A stretch of 64,000 nucleotides of DNA from Intoshia linei (Eukaryota; Animalia; Orthonectida), in NCBI GenBank assembly GCA_001642005.1, contig LWCA01000062.1, positions 1,413-65,412 of the forward strand, read 5' to 3'. Position 1 is the stretch's first letter, and every line of letters starts with the position of its first letter. The position numbers and the translations under genes were made by a program. Positions 49,792 through 64,000 of this stretch are shown piece by piece. The notes beneath the pieces are model-generated. The model had not been told where the DNA came from and ran no database searches. It saw only the letters and a program-made list of their open reading frames with translations.

Positions 49792-50120
49792 AATTAAAAT
49801 TTAGAAAACATAAGTATTGTAAAAAATTTAAATTAAATGTACGTAGAAAAATAAACTCTATTTGTAAACAAATTCATAATTAGTGTAAACTAGGATATAC
49901 TTCAAATTCTGTGTTGCATTTAATGTTTGTTTAGAATTACACGATTCAGACAAGGTTAATAATAGGTTCAATCAAATTATAAAACATAACCAAACAAAAC
50001 ATGAATACATTGCTTTTGTTTGATTTTACCGCTGAATGAAATACTACGTGATGATTTTAAATTAAAATGTAAAATATTCATTTATTCAACCAAAAAATAA
50101 CAACTGACACATGACTTGTT

Positions 50121-53100
50121 TTATTCAACAGAAGAGTCGAAATGGTAAAAATTTTCTTGTCCAATTACTTCCCATATATATGAAAGAAAATAAGTTTCGG
50201 TTGCAGTTCTTTTCACGTAACATAATTTGGCATCCGGATATTTCTATTTTGAAATAAAAGTCAAAACTTTAATTAAATTAAGTATACACTGCAGTATAGT
50301 CTAGTTTGACATTTGAATGTTATTTTAAAAAATTGTGATTTATATTTGTAAATGCTTTTAGTTTGTAACTCACTGAATAAATAATAAAAAAAAACAACAT
50401 TTTCGAGTAATGACAAAACTGGTCGTTTACTTAATTATTCGTCTTATTCATTTTGAAGTATACCATTAAAATTGATGTATCAAAACTGTTCATTTGAAAC
50501 TGTATTTGAGCTAAAATAAAATGATTTTAAAATATAAAAATATACCCAAAATATCTTCATAAGACAATTCTTCAATATTATCAATTTTATTAAAAAAATA
50601 AGCAATTATCTTTAAAAATTGTAGATATGATAAAAAATTAAACCTTATCAATATTTTCCATTATTATGTATATCGATTTACCATTCAACAAGGTAAATAA
50701 AGAAACTCGTTGAATTACTGCATAAATCTAAATGTATATTTATAATTTTTTAAATGAAAATGAACAAGCTAATTACGGTTGACGAGTCAATGATTAAAAA
50801 AATTAACTACATCAGTGTCACAAGATTTTAAAAATACGGACAGGTGAAACTTTAAATAAAATGCTCAATGTGTATTACCAGAGCCGATCCCTCCCAGCTC
50901 GAAACCACTGAAAATGAAACATACCCCTAAAAAAATTTTCAGACGAAGCATAGTGTCATATAAGCACAAGACACCTCTAAGGATTTTGATTAGCATTTTA
51001 AATTTAGCACACAAAATAGCTGATATTGAAGAATATAATTTTTATACAGTATAACCCCGTGTTGGGGCACCTTTTTTGAAAAGTGTCCCAAAAAGCGGGG
51101 GTTCCCCAAAAACTAAGAATAATGATAATATTCTATTATGTATTAAATTAATTGAACGATTATAGTATTTAATCATAGTAAGAAAGTTGATAAGATAATA
51201 AAAAAATAAAGCGCCCAAAATCGATTATTTAAATAACTACCCATCTTAGAATTTTTTAAAGACCACATTTAATTACAGTTTTTTTGGAACGTATATTAAG
51301 ATAAATTTCAACCTCCCAATTTCACATCTTACGGGTCAAAAATCAATTGTCCTTCTTTTTGAAATCAAACGAGTTGGAGAATTTAAAAAAAGTATAACAA
51401 TTGTCCCTTTTTTTGAAAATCTAACAAGTTATAGAATATAAAAAAATATATAAGTTGATACGGATTTTAAAATCATAAACATTATCATAAATTTAAATTT
51501 AAAAAAATTATATCTTCAGAGCCAAAACCCCAAATTCTCCTTCCTTTTTTTTGAAAACAGACCTAAAATTTCAAAAAAATTCAATACGAATAAGTGACGA
51601 TTTCACAATCAGAAAAGCATTTTAGTATTCGTATATTTTTTTCCGAAATATTTTATTAAAACAAAAAATGTGAAATAATTAACCGTCCAAAAATTAAAAA
51701 AAAAAAATTATTCTGATAGAGCTTATTCCAGTTTATATAAATAGAAAAGTTCAACCCGAGAAATCTACACATCCCCGGTGAAAAATAATTTTTAATATAT
51801 TATCAACCAATATTTCGATTAAAATAAAAATTGAAAATGTGTATTGAACGTCTACACATTTCCAATATAGAAATATGGGTGATAATCTATATAATTCATT
51901 CCTTGAGAATTTTTTTCATGCCCTTCATTTTTTTTAAATTTTCAAAGTCATTACTATTCTATTTTGAAGTTAATAAAACCTTGTTTGTTTTAAATCTCAC
52001 AAGTTTGCATAATTATCTTAACAATTACATTTAAAAGTCATTTAAAAATATTTAAATTCAAAATAATGGGTAATTCTTTGTGGTTTTAGCCGTGAAGATA
52101 TAAGTTTTGGAAATTGAAATTTAAGTTGAATGATCATGATTTTAAAATACAAAGTATCATAGTTTACATTTTTTAAATTCCAGTAATTTTTTATTTAAAA
52201 AAGGGTACTAAGGTTTTCATCTGAGGTGAAAATGCAAGTTTCTGAGGTTAAAATTCACAGTAATGTTTATCATTTCAAAAATTTTCCAGAAACTTTGTTT
52301 TTTTATAACAGTAAGCTTCATACTTTCTTAAATAACAAACAGATATATTTTTAACTAAATCAATTTTATATAACAAAGGATTTGAATCAGAATATTAAAA
52401 TATATGATATGCTATAGATAGTGATTGTTCTCGGTAAAAATACAGAGACAAATCCCAGGATTCCCCCAAAAAATGTCGAAAAAATTAAAAAATAAATAAT
52501 ATTCCAACATTTTAAGTGATAAAAATGTATCCTACCTAAAAAGTGTATATTGAGTGTATAATGTAATTAATTATTACTGTAATATGAAAATATTAACATT
52601 TTATTCAATAACTCACCATAAATTTCAAATATAAAACTAAAAGTTTTTTACAAAATTAGTTACGATAGTATGTACTTAAGTTTTAAATAACGTTAAAATT
52701 TAAAATGATTCTAAATTGCAAAAGTGGTTTTCATCAATCCTTAAATTATGGTTTTACCAACCGTTAAGGAAAAAATTCACTTTTACCAAATATTATATGC
52801 GATTCTAAAATACGCTCTCTTTTCATATTGGGTATTGAATTAGATTTCTTTATGCAAAAATAAAATTCCATTTAATTTACAAAATTATAATTTTTAAGAC
52901 AAGTTTTTAGCTTAGATAAAATGTTATTACCTTTAGCCTTATTGAATGAAAACGTGTATATTTTATATATTGTATGGGTTACTGTGAATTTATATAAATG
53001 TATAATTACGCAAGATTTATAAAAGATCACAATAAAAGGAAAAAATGTGAAACCGTTAATGATACAAAAAAGAATATTAATTAAGAAAAATAAGCTCCGT

Positions 53101-55133
53101 CATAACCGCCCCTGTACATATGCCATTTTTCATATCAATAAAAAATACAAAGAAATAACCCAATGAATATCATACCAGATTTGAATTCATCAAAAAATGA
53201 TTAAATAAAATATGATTAATAATTTCCAAAAGAGATTTTATTGTATCCTGTAAAGCAGAGGTTTCAATAGTTTTATCAACATTATTTTCAGTTTCATTAG
53301 GTAAATAGCAATTTTTCGTAATAATCTCCAACAAACTAAAAAGTATTGACAATTTTGGGATAAATTACTCTACAAGCTTTTGTGAGGTGAGTGGGCATAT
53401 ATTTACACAGTGCCGCGATAAATTTGAGACTATTGCAAGACAATTTGAATGATAATATAAATCCTAAAATATTAAATATTATTAGTAATTAAAAATGGTA
53501 AATTATACCCTATTTTTGTCTAAATTGGTTTGAAGGAGACGAATAATAACTGTAATTAAAAAACTCCCAGTATTTGCGTTTCCTAAATTATATTCCTTGT
53601 ACCAACTCGAATCGTAATTATTCTAATAAACTATAATTATAATTTATAATTACGTTGTATTTAATTTAAATTTTAAATGAATAGTACACTTTGGAAGCAG
53701 TATTTCGAAAAATCGTCATCTTGGCTGAAAATTAGTAAAATGGTTAAAATTAAATAAGTTTCCTTTGATGTACAATTTACATCAACGTAAAGTTGGTGTA
53801 AATAAGTATTGATTAAAACCATAAGTGATTGGATTTGGTTTTTACAGAAATAAGACACAAAACTTTCATTAGTAGATATCAAATTGCGTAATATAATCTT
53901 GGAAGATTGAGTATATGATAAATTAACGATAGTTTTAATGAATTCATCGAAATTGGTCGTGAAAGATTTTTTTACGCTAACGGCTAAAAGTAAATGATAA
54001 TAAATAATAATAAAAATCACTTGGCTGTCCGGAATAACAAGCATTAAGAACTCGTTTAAAAGGATTTTTAAGAGTCAAGGTATTACAAAGCGTCAACAGT
54101 AAATGCAAACTAGTGTGCTGTATAATGCAACTTTGAGAGTAAAACGGATTTTTGGTGTTTTTAAATGTCACATAAGAAATAATACTTCCTATACAAGGTA
54201 AAATAGTATTAAATGGAAAAACATACCAAGCGTCGAAAAAACTTTCGATACCATAGATTGGTGTCCATCAAAAATATCGAAAGGAGAGGTAATTTGCTTC
54301 ATAAAAATGTCCATAAGAGTTTTAACAAAAAGAGAAGAATAGAGGTTTGAAATGCTAACAATTATAATTAAAATCAACATTTCAACTAACCAATTTTCTG
54401 AATAAATCATCTTTAACAATTTTCGATCAGAATTTAAGTGTTTATGATTGGCAAGAGACATTATGGATAGTAAAATTGATATAGACTCATAAATAACCCG
54501 ATAAGTTGCAGACCTGTTTTATTCAATTACAATTAATAACAAGCCCATACCTCAATTCTACATTCATGACGACTTTGATTATAGATTTAAAAAAAAGCTC
54601 CAACGTATTTTCTAAAAAATAATATATTATTTATCAATTTTTGTCAACGTTCAACGGTTTCAAGGATAATTTGATCATTGAGCTGACTGAAACAATGTTT
54701 AAATATATAACGAATAATAAACAGAGATGTGCTATAATTCATCATCAAAATATCACTAGAAATGTTCACATTAATATTGAATAAAATTTAAAGGGTACTT
54801 TTCATTGCTTGGGTAAGTAAATATAATTTTTGCTATCGAATTGAAGGATTTAACGAGAAAATTAAAATTATTTGTTGCACTGCAGTTTATCAAAAATTCC
54901 TTTATGAATCCACACGCGGATTCTTCAAACACTTTTTCGTCGTTTCTAATAAATATTACTAGCAATATTTAATATACCTACTTTGATTTAAATAGTAATA
55001 TCTTTCGGTTAAATAAATCTGTCCAAAATTTACTATTCTCATCTATTGATTCAAGTGATGCCATGTGTTTTAATTCATCATTTTGTAGTGGGAGCGAGAA
55101 ATTTACTTCATTTAGACTTACAGTCTGACCCAT
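50121..55133 (-). CDS. DYM: Dymeclin
   Basis: MG N-terminus, YLILTILLIFSQDDDF, VIIRLLQTNLDKNR/DLYYHSNCLAIVSNLS, IMENIDKIIAYF, and KYPDAKLCYV...YFLSYIWEVI...* match dymeclin blocks. Confidence 0.88.
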
Positions 55134-55829
55134 TTCAATAATTTTTTAGTTATATAATTTATTTTAAATTGAAATAACTTTATTTTTATTTTTTCGTTCG
55201 ATTGGTAAATTTTTAATTGTTAGATTAAAACTTTGAAAAAAACGATAGCATGAAAAAAATGGAAACACAGAAATTAAAGTTGTCTCAAACTTTGAAAATT
55301 GAAAGTTACATCTTAATTTAAACTTCATTCTGGATGAAATCAACACATCTTTTTCAATTTTTGAGTTGATCTAAAAATTAAAAAGTAGCCATAGTGGATT
55401 CATCTCCCAGAATACTAAACAGACTCTCTAATTGACGTCTCTCATGGGGTGACTGGTTCACCCAATGAATACAACACTTTTAGATGGTGATAAATGAATG
55501 AATGTAAATTTCTAGAATATTATAATAAAAAATATATCTATGCGACGAAATCTAAGCTTTGAAAATCTTAACTGTATCGTGTATTACATCCATTATGTAA
55601 CACTTATATCAGGTTTATACGAAATGTATTTCAAACTTTTCAAGTTATATGCAATGAATATCAGTATCCTAATTGGAATCAAAGACATTTAAATTATGTG
55701 CGATTTTCGACACACAATAGATCACATATTAACGATTAATCGTATGCAACATTGACAATACTATCACATATCCTAGATACCATCAACAAAATTTGCCAAT
55801 ACAGGTAATTAATATTTTATTAAATTTTT

Positions 55830-56335
55830 GTACATTCTGTGACTTTTTCATCGCTTTCGCTAATGACATCTAATTGAGATACATTACCTAGGCCTATAAG
55901 AATAAATTACATGTAATTAAATTAATTAAAACCCAAGTTTGAACAATTTGAAGCTTTCCTATTTAAATGTGGTAGGTATTTGTCGTGTAAAGAAATTGAA
56001 TTATGTTCACTGTCAGAATCATAAGACTTAGAGGTATATATTTTTGGTGTGGAGAGTTTTAATTTTTGAAATTCTTTCACATCAGATTTCCAAGTCAAAT
56101 CCGACAAAACATTATTTGAAGACACACTTGATATAGAATGGTGTACAGCTCCAATCGCTTCACCAATATCTGACATGGAATTTGACCTGTAACGTGTCAC
56201 ATTCACATCCAGTAAATCTTTCCTATTGGGTGGTTCAAATTCTTCTATTGAATACCTACTAGATTGTCTGAGAGAGTTTGGAGAAACAGGGGTTGAGGCA
56301 CATTTTGAATATAATTTATTAACGTCTAAATTCAT
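55830..56335 (-). CDS. Uncharacterised Ser-rich protein (partial model)
   Basis: 137-aa ORF with RYRSNS and RKAS kinase-site-like motifs, continuing into a small spliced exon near 55835-55895. No family recognised. Confidence 0.5.
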
Positions 56336-57009
56336 TACTTCGAAATGCGTTGAAATGTTTAAAATCTAGTTAAATAGTTACATGGTAGTACGCAGTATGC
56401 TAAAATAATAAAAGTAGGACACTTATTTGTAATATTGCATGATGATAGGTTTTGGTTATCAAGTGTTATTTTCCAGATTAGTATTAGTTTTAGTCTTTTT
56501 TCGAAGAGTAATTTGGAATTAAATTATGTTTATTGATTAGACTGACAAATATGTCAAATATCGATAATCGAGAAACAGTAAACCCATCGACCTCTCCCGT
56601 TAATTCAAATACCTACTTTCAAAGATATAAAGACCCGGAATTGAGATCACAACAATATCTGTTGGAAAATGATACTGAGGGACTATTTAAGGTGACGTTC
56701 GTATAATCGCACTTAATATTAATTTTAGTCACTCACATGTTCGCTTATGGAAGATATGCCAGTCAATTTGCGTCAATATATTATTGATTGGCTCCAAACC
56801 AGAAAGTTGACAGTTTAATAAATTAGTTATTAGTTTTGTTTCAATGTTGTATATTATAAATTTTCAAGTAAGCAAGTTGACATATATTGTTTTTACTATA
56901 AGGGAATATTCTTAAATCCAACCATTTTTACCAACTCTAATAAAAATACTTAGAAAACGAAGAAGACTACTAAATCATAATATAAAATATTTCTAGGATT
57001 TTATAATTA

Positions 57010-59400
57010 ACTAGATTGACTGTTTTGTATTACGTAAAAACAGCACCTAGCTCTGCCGAGGGAGGACTTCTAATTCTACCAAAAAATAAATTCAATAATA
57101 AAATCTTAATTAAAATTTTTACTCTATATTAATAAAATAGTTTGGAAATAAAAAAAATGAATATTATAATACTTTTTTGATCGTGAAGGCCTCACTTATT
57201 CAGATTTAAATTTTTTGTGTATCTTAACAGGATACAACTACCAGCATTAATTTTTTTAAATTCTAGGGCTGTTTTCATTTTAAAAAAATGGTAATGTGGG
57301 TTTTGATCGTGAAAATTATTTTTTTTGAGGTTTCTATTCTTGATAATGTTTATGATTAAGAAAATTTTAGAATATATTTCATTTTTAAAACAAATCATTT
57401 AAAGAAGTCATTCCTAAACTTGCATTTCACATTACCTTTTAATTCCCACTTTATTTTATTTGGTTAGCATTTTTTAAAAACAATTTTGTGATCCCATTTA
57501 TTCAATTTACTAGATATAATGAGTGTATAATCTTAAAAATAAAGACAAAATTGTCAAAATAGCTTAAATTCCATAAAAAATAAAATTGAAGGCACATGGT
57601 AATTCGATAATTATCGTTTATATATTTATTTCAATGTGGGTACAATTCACCCGACATATGGTTTTAAAGTGCTGAGTCCGATAATCATTTACTTATATAA
57701 AAATGAATGTGTGTAATCTTTTATTGAAAAAATTGACAGCCGTATGATTAAAACCACAATTTTTAATACCGTTCCTAGGACGTGTTTTATCTATTTTTTA
57801 GTCTCAGAATTTGAGCCCTTCAGGGTAAAAACCCAATTTCGCCTTTTGTTTAAAAACAAATCAGCCAAAATTTTAATAAAACATACATTCTAAAACGCGT
57901 TTTAAAATCATTAACATTTTTGTTAATCTCAGTCTCAGAAACGCATACCTTCATGGTCAAAAGCCAAAATTACCTTTTGTTTTAAAAATGAAACATAACC
58001 TAAAATTTTCTTAATCGTAAATTCTGGGATAGTTTTTAAAATCATAAACGGAAATCTCAAAAAAGAAAATTTTCACGATGAAAACCCAACATTACTATTT
58101 TTTTTAAATAAAAACAGCCTTAGAATTTAAAAAAAAAATTACAGATGGTAGCTGTATCCTGTTAAAACACATAAAAAATTTCAATCTGAATAAGTGACGC
58201 TTTCACGGTCAAAAAAGTACTTTAATATTCATTTTTTTTATTTCGAAACTATTTTATTAAAACAAATAATTTGAAATAATTAATGGCCCTACAATTAAAA
58301 AGAAAGATTATTCTGATAGAGCTTATTCCATTTGATATAAATACAAAATTTCAACCCCAGAAGCCTATGCATTCCGGTGAAAAATAATTTTTAATATATT
58401 GTCGACCAATATTTTTCAAATGTTGGATTAAAATTAAAAATAACCAACCTACAATTTAATAAAAAAATTTGTATTGAACGTCGACACATTTCCAATAAAT
58501 AAATATTGGTGGAAATCTATATAATTGATTCAATCGGGATTTTTTTCATTCTCAAATTCTCATTTTCAAAACATTTTGTTACAAATATAAACTACAACAA
58601 CGAAACTAAAAATAATACAACTTTGTTATCATCATTTTTATTACAATGCTTTGCAATATTGGTAAAATTCACTTGAACTATGTTTATAGAGTGCTGATTC
58701 CGTTAATTATTGATTAAATTGGTACTGATTCAGTAAATAAACTTTCTAGTTTCTAGGTCCTTACGACACCGTCGGTTTCGGTTCACGGTCTACACGACAA
58801 TACTAATTTTAAATTACATGCATTAATTCTATATTTGTTACAAATTTTTACATTTTACTATGAAAATAAAGTTTAAATTAAACTTTTTAGGGAAAAATTT
58901 CGATGTTGAGTGGCCGGGTCCAAACTCAATCAATTTGAATAATTTTTTCAGGAAAGTGATCACCAATAATCCTAATGGTGAAAAATACTCTTTGATCTTT
59001 GAATATGGTAATCACCCTACTGAATATATATTATCACATTGAAAATGACAATAAGTTTTTACAATTTAATTTTTTGGAATTTATGCTATTTATGACAATT
59101 ATTAGGATTGTACCTGTTTTTACTTTATTTTTAATATTATATACACATTCTGTCTAATAAATTAAAAAAATGGGATCAAAAAATCGTTTTAAAATTGTTA
59201 ACATTGACAAAAATGTTAACAAAATAAAATGAGAAAAATTCACTTTAAATTAAAGGGTAATGTGAAATGACGACCCATAGTCAAAAAATGTTTGGGAACC
59301 ATTACCTTAAAAGATTGATAATAGTGAATGTACCCTTTTTAAGTAAGAATTCATTTTTTGGATAGAATTAAAAAAGTTGGTCCTAAACAAAGCTAGCTGC
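57010..59400. mobile_element. Two Helitron-like copies: minus-strand 3' part from 57010 and a plus-strand copy at about 57685-59400
   Basis: actagattgactgttttgtattacgtaaaaacagcacctagctctgccgaggg is the reverse complement of the family 3' end. Internal blocks shared with 18741-21246. Confidence 0.6.
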
Positions 59401-60241
59401 TGTTATTTAAATGTAGTTTTCAATTTAATGAAATTTTTCCATTTTCTTTAATTCATTCAATGAAAGAATGAATTAATTAAATGAAAGGAAAATATTTATC
59501 CTTTAAACAAAAAACATTCACCAATGTGTCTAGCATTTTTTCCAATAGCGCAAAATAAAAATTGCATGTAAAATTAAACCTTACTTAAATAAAGTAAAAA
59601 TTTATAAAAATGCGACTCTCGAAATTAAAAAAATATATTTTTAAAATGCTCAGTCAGTTTTTTTTAGCTCAGAAGGCAAATTTCAACTTCAGTAATTTGT
59701 ATTTTAAAAACACAAATTACCCTCTTTTGAAAAATGAAAAAAACAGTAATCATAGAATTAAAAAAAATATAGCTAATAGTTTTTCCGATTAACATATAAA
59801 AAACTAAACATCAGAAAATATCGGCTTAACCGCAAAAAAGACACTTTTCTTATTTTTTACTGATTATGAAAATTAGTTCGGTTCTCACAATATTAAGACA
59901 TAATTTGTATGTGTTAAATGAATTCTACACATTTGATGTAAATAATATTAATAGTGTATTTAGCATAAACATACATCCATTTCTAATCCTCCCTATAGAA
60001 CTAATCATAGCCATGGGGAATAGATAGTCAATAGAATTATAATTCTTCATTAAATTCAATCGATGACATAATAGATAATTTGGACTAATTCTTAAAAAAG
60101 TTCATAAAAATAATGTGTATTAAAAAAGAATTAACTTAATATCTGTCAATAAATTTCAGTTAAGACGTTAACAGTTTATTCAATATTCGAATGAGTTTGA
60201 ATTTTGTCATAATCATAAAATGAAATAAATGAAAATTTAAT

Positions 60242-61686
60242 TTACAAATATCTTCTAGTAATAAATCGTTTATTACCTCGGGGTTTATAATTTCTTACAT
60301 CATTATTTTGATCATTAACATATCTTTGTGTAATTGGTTCCACATATCGATGAGGTGATTCAAAAGAGTCTTGCCGCGTATTGTACCCTCTATTACCACG
60401 ATACTGAGGACTATCGAATCTACCCCGAGAATTTTGAAAACCTCTATTTTGATGAGATTTATGCTGTTGCATTCCACTAGAGCCTTGTCGGTTCTGAAAC
60501 TTTGGCATATTGGCTGCAGCAACTTCTTCAATGTTTAGTTGATTCACTCGCCCCCCTCGGTCGGGTATCTAAAATACTAAATAGTTACATTTAAAATTGA
60601 TATAATTACATAAATATAGTTAATATTCATTTTCTTTACGTCGGATTCAATTTTTTTATAAGACATAGAAATGCTTTGAAAGTCTAAAAAATGTAAATCT
60701 AAATATCACGTTATTATTCACCTTGCCTTGCAGCTAAACATTCATAAACGTTAATATTTGTATCGTATAATTTCATTTTATGGGTAAACCTACTAGCTAA
60801 TTTGTCAATCTTGGCTTGATCAATATTCTAACAATAAATCAATTTTAAAAATTAAAAAAACAAACAATGCCGTCATTCCCCTCCACAAATACACTTTGTG
60901 TAATAAAATAACGTTTTTTCATCATTTCACAACGAATTTTGTAATAACGTGAATATTTTTCGCAAGAATCAAAAAGCAATTTTTCAAACGATTCCAAGTC
61001 GTTCATGTTTATCATATTAAAATTAGAAATGGCACTTTTCTGTATTTTCAGGTTTTGTAGCTAACATTATATGGCATTAAAAAATTTTAAAAATAATACT
61101 TTTATCAATACATCCACATATAATGTATACCTGGTTAATTAATACATCCGCACCGTTTGGAGCAAACAAGATTTCAGATATTTTAAAAGGTAATTCGGTT
61201 TGGTTAATTTTAGTTAGTAAAGATTGACATTCATCAAATACAACGTCATCCATATTTTGTAATTTGGTTTTTGTATGCAATTTTTCCATTAAAACTTGTC
61301 CGGCTTTTAATATTAAGAAATCTAATTTTAACATCATAATAAATTCAAACTAACAAACCGAGTAGTTCAAAAAAAAACACATGAGGTTCTTGGTTTTGGT
61401 CTATATCGCGTAGATATTCACCATTAACAAAATTTTCATCTATAAATTTAAGGAAAAAAGGAATGGCACTTTTGGTGTTAATATTTTCAAATTTAATTTT
61501 TTTATAAGTTGTGTATTCCAAAATAAAATGTAAGGCTTTATAATATTCAGTAGAATCTGAACATTTTGTAAATTTTTGAGCATCATTTGCAAATTCTTTC
61601 GTATATCTAATCGAAAATTACATATTTAGTTTAAATTACCCAATTTCTTTCAATATACGTTCAATTCTCTTCCAATTCATTGTCAT
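60242..61686 (-). CDS. FAM98: FAM98 family protein (DUF2465; tRNA ligase complex associate)
   Basis: N-terminal ILKEIG/Y, signature IPDRGGRVNQ...MPKFQNR, and an RG-rich low-complexity tail. Confidence 0.8.
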
Positions 61687-61869
61687 TATATTTCAAATAT
61701 AATATTTAACAATATTTTAAAATTTAAATGTTTACGTTAAATGTTTAATTTTAAAATAAAATATAGTTTATTGTGAAAAATTGATACTAAATAGTGAGCG
61801 AAAAAATAATTATCATCAAGATTTATATCATAGATTAAATTTTCTAAAATAACTACAATTTTTTAAAAA

Positions 61870-62594
61870 ATGACTAGCATTGAAGAAACCGCACCTGAAT
61901 TGGAAAACATTGAAACTACAGTATAAAATATAAATATATATGACAATTATTTATAATTCTAGGAAACAAACAACGTGAAAGACAAAATTAAACAATCCAA
62001 AGGAGAAAAAAAATCGAGAAAAATTATATCTAAATTGGGTATTTTTGTTTAAAATTTAATTAATTTTATGTAGGATTAAAGCAAGTGCATGATGTTATGA
62101 GGTTGGTTATTACCCGCTCAAAAAACATGAAATTTGTGATCAACAATCCTGAAGTATATAAATCTTCTAATGGCGTATACGTTGTTATAGGGGAAGCTAA
62201 GGCATTTATATTACATTATTTATCTACACATTCCAATAGGTTGAAGACATGAATCAAAATTTATCTATGGCCGCTGCAGAACGATTAAAAAATACATTAC
62301 CAAGTATTTCCAACGAAGAAGCTAAATCAGAAGAATGTACTAAAATTAAAAAGCCTAGTGAAGAGGATATACCAGAGTTGGTTACAGTCAAGAAAGAACC
62401 AGAGATTGACGAAGTACTGGACGAGGAAGGGTTAGATCCCAAAGAAATTGAACTTGTTATGAAACAAGTCAATGTTTCCAGAAATGTTGCTGTCCGAGCT
62501 TTAAAAGAAAATAGTGGAGACATCGTCAATGCCATTGTGGTATGATTTATTTTTTCTTTATATACCTTTCTATTTTTAGTCACTTACTATTTGA
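61870..62594 (+). CDS. NACA: Nascent polypeptide-associated complex alpha subunit
   Basis: [21 protein letters not shown]...[10 protein letters not shown]...[12 protein letters not shown]...UBA domain [41 protein letters not shown]. Confidence 0.95.
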
Positions 62595-62629
62595 AAATCT
62601 AGAAAATATATGTATTAAATAAAATTTCA

Positions 62630-63856
62630 ATTGGATAAATTTTACTTTACAAATTTGACCCGTCATAAATATCATAGAAATTATCCGTTTACAATGAACT
62701 TCCTTTTTCGAAACTGATATAATTGACACGTTTTTGATTTTTTTAAATCTCGTTTATTGTTACATTATCAATATTGGTTCGATATAGATGCAAATGATGA
62801 CCAGGTTTGTCTGCGTAGCAAGTAAAAAATCAAGAATTTCGTTTATCAATTCAAAATTATAGAAATTTTTTTTTTAAATTTTATTGGTCAGGTAATGAAA
62901 CATTGCTAAAAATCGGCATTTTCGTCGACGATTGTATTTCATTTCGGGCCCTTTGCACCTCGATGATGTATTTCATTTTGTCGATTCAAAATACTTAAAA
63001 CATGATTGAAGACTTAATAAGTCGGCGAATATATTATGCAATGTTAGTGGACAGAAAAATTACCAAGGTGTCAGATTGACATAAACTTTTGTTGAGAATG
63101 AGTTTATACAAATCGAACAAAATAGCCAAACAAATTTTATGTAAATTAAATGCTACACCTTTAACTTTACGTGTAAGTTTTTAATATATATTAATTTAAT
63201 TTACGTGTCATAAAAATAGTTCAACACAATTCAAAAAACCGAAAAATGTCCTTTACATCGAACTCAAAAATTAATCTCAATGTTTCCATTTGCAAAGAAA
63301 CCCATGTGTTACTTAAAGCTTTCAAAGTATAAACTGTCAGGTTAGATTTAGATACCATTTTATCGCAATTAAAAGGTTGAGTTTAACTTCAAGTACACAT
63401 GCATTTACTTTTTCTCTACAAATTGTCATTATTTTTCGAAAGACTTACAAAGGAGCTAAGAAGGGCGACTTGTACTGTATAAAATTACTATATTTAGTAA
63501 TTTTATTTTTTATGTATTCCGGCAGATTGTTTGACCAAGTGGTAAAATCCAAAGAAAATTAAATTTATGTTTGTAATTAAGATATCTGTGTTATTGTAAC
63601 AATCGATTTCATTTTTTTCTGTAAAAATGTTTAATTGTTTCAAAAATGTTGTCAACTACAGAATTTTAGTTTATTATCCATAGGTTATGTCTGGTGCACA
63701 ACCTTTACATCAATGAAGCAACCGCAAAATTCATTTTAAACAGATAATTATATGTTTATCACCATGATTATAATCATTGTGCAGTAGCAATGGTCTTAGC
63801 GTACTTTGGATATGTTTTTTTATTAGAAACCCCATTTTGCCCGTGGATGTACCACC
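62630..63856 (-). CDS. Probable 3' exons of an unidentified gene entering from the right
   Basis: Several AG/GT-bounded open segments (e.g. FSLDFTTWSNNLPEYIKNK...FLAPL and LRLIFEFDVKDIFRFFE). Chain not resolved. Confidence 0.3.
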
Positions 63857-64000
63857 TAAAAGCATGCTTAAAATTTTTTTTCGCATGTCGCATATATACA
63901 ACAATTTGATTTTTAATTAAAAAATTACGCTTTTAATATTGAAAACAAATTTTTTAATAATGAAATGTATTTTTCCTTCTCAATGAGAAATTTGGGCCTG

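Noticed and set aside
56580-56810. Cluster of CCAAT, CRE-like and TATA-like words upstream of the Ser-rich gene
   Set aside because: A plausible promoter, but short motifs alone are not enough to call it without TSS data.

Overview
Very AT-rich, gene-dense eukaryotic (animal) genomic DNA with many tiny spliceosomal introns (about 30-50 nt) and a few TE-filled long introns. This style resembles a compact parasite genome such as the orthonectid Intoshia, which is inference only. Recognisable spliced genes: PFK (5' part), RPB9/POLR2I, RSPH1, UFD1 (5' part), OXR1/NCOA7, MRPL50, CWC27, an anamorsin-like gene, TIPRL, PNISR, mago nashi, a class I bHLH E-protein (daughterless/TCF), dymeclin, FAM98 and NACA, plus 2-3 unidentified genes. 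Repeats are dominated by a non-autonomous Helitron-like family, hAT MITEs with 8-bp TSDs, and decayed Tc1, pogo and hAT transposons, often nested. The standout is the E-protein locus (47235-49791, minus strand). One basic-region exon is followed by two alternative HLH exons that end in different phases, and each feeds a different, fully open reading frame of a roughly 465-nt dual-coding last exon. The locus also has a predicted intronic RNA stem that would loop out the first HLH exon, a shared motif downstream of both HLH exons, and a candidate poison microexon. Three single-N gaps (2924, 3460, 24802) mark assembly joins. All exon models are manual and no database search was run.
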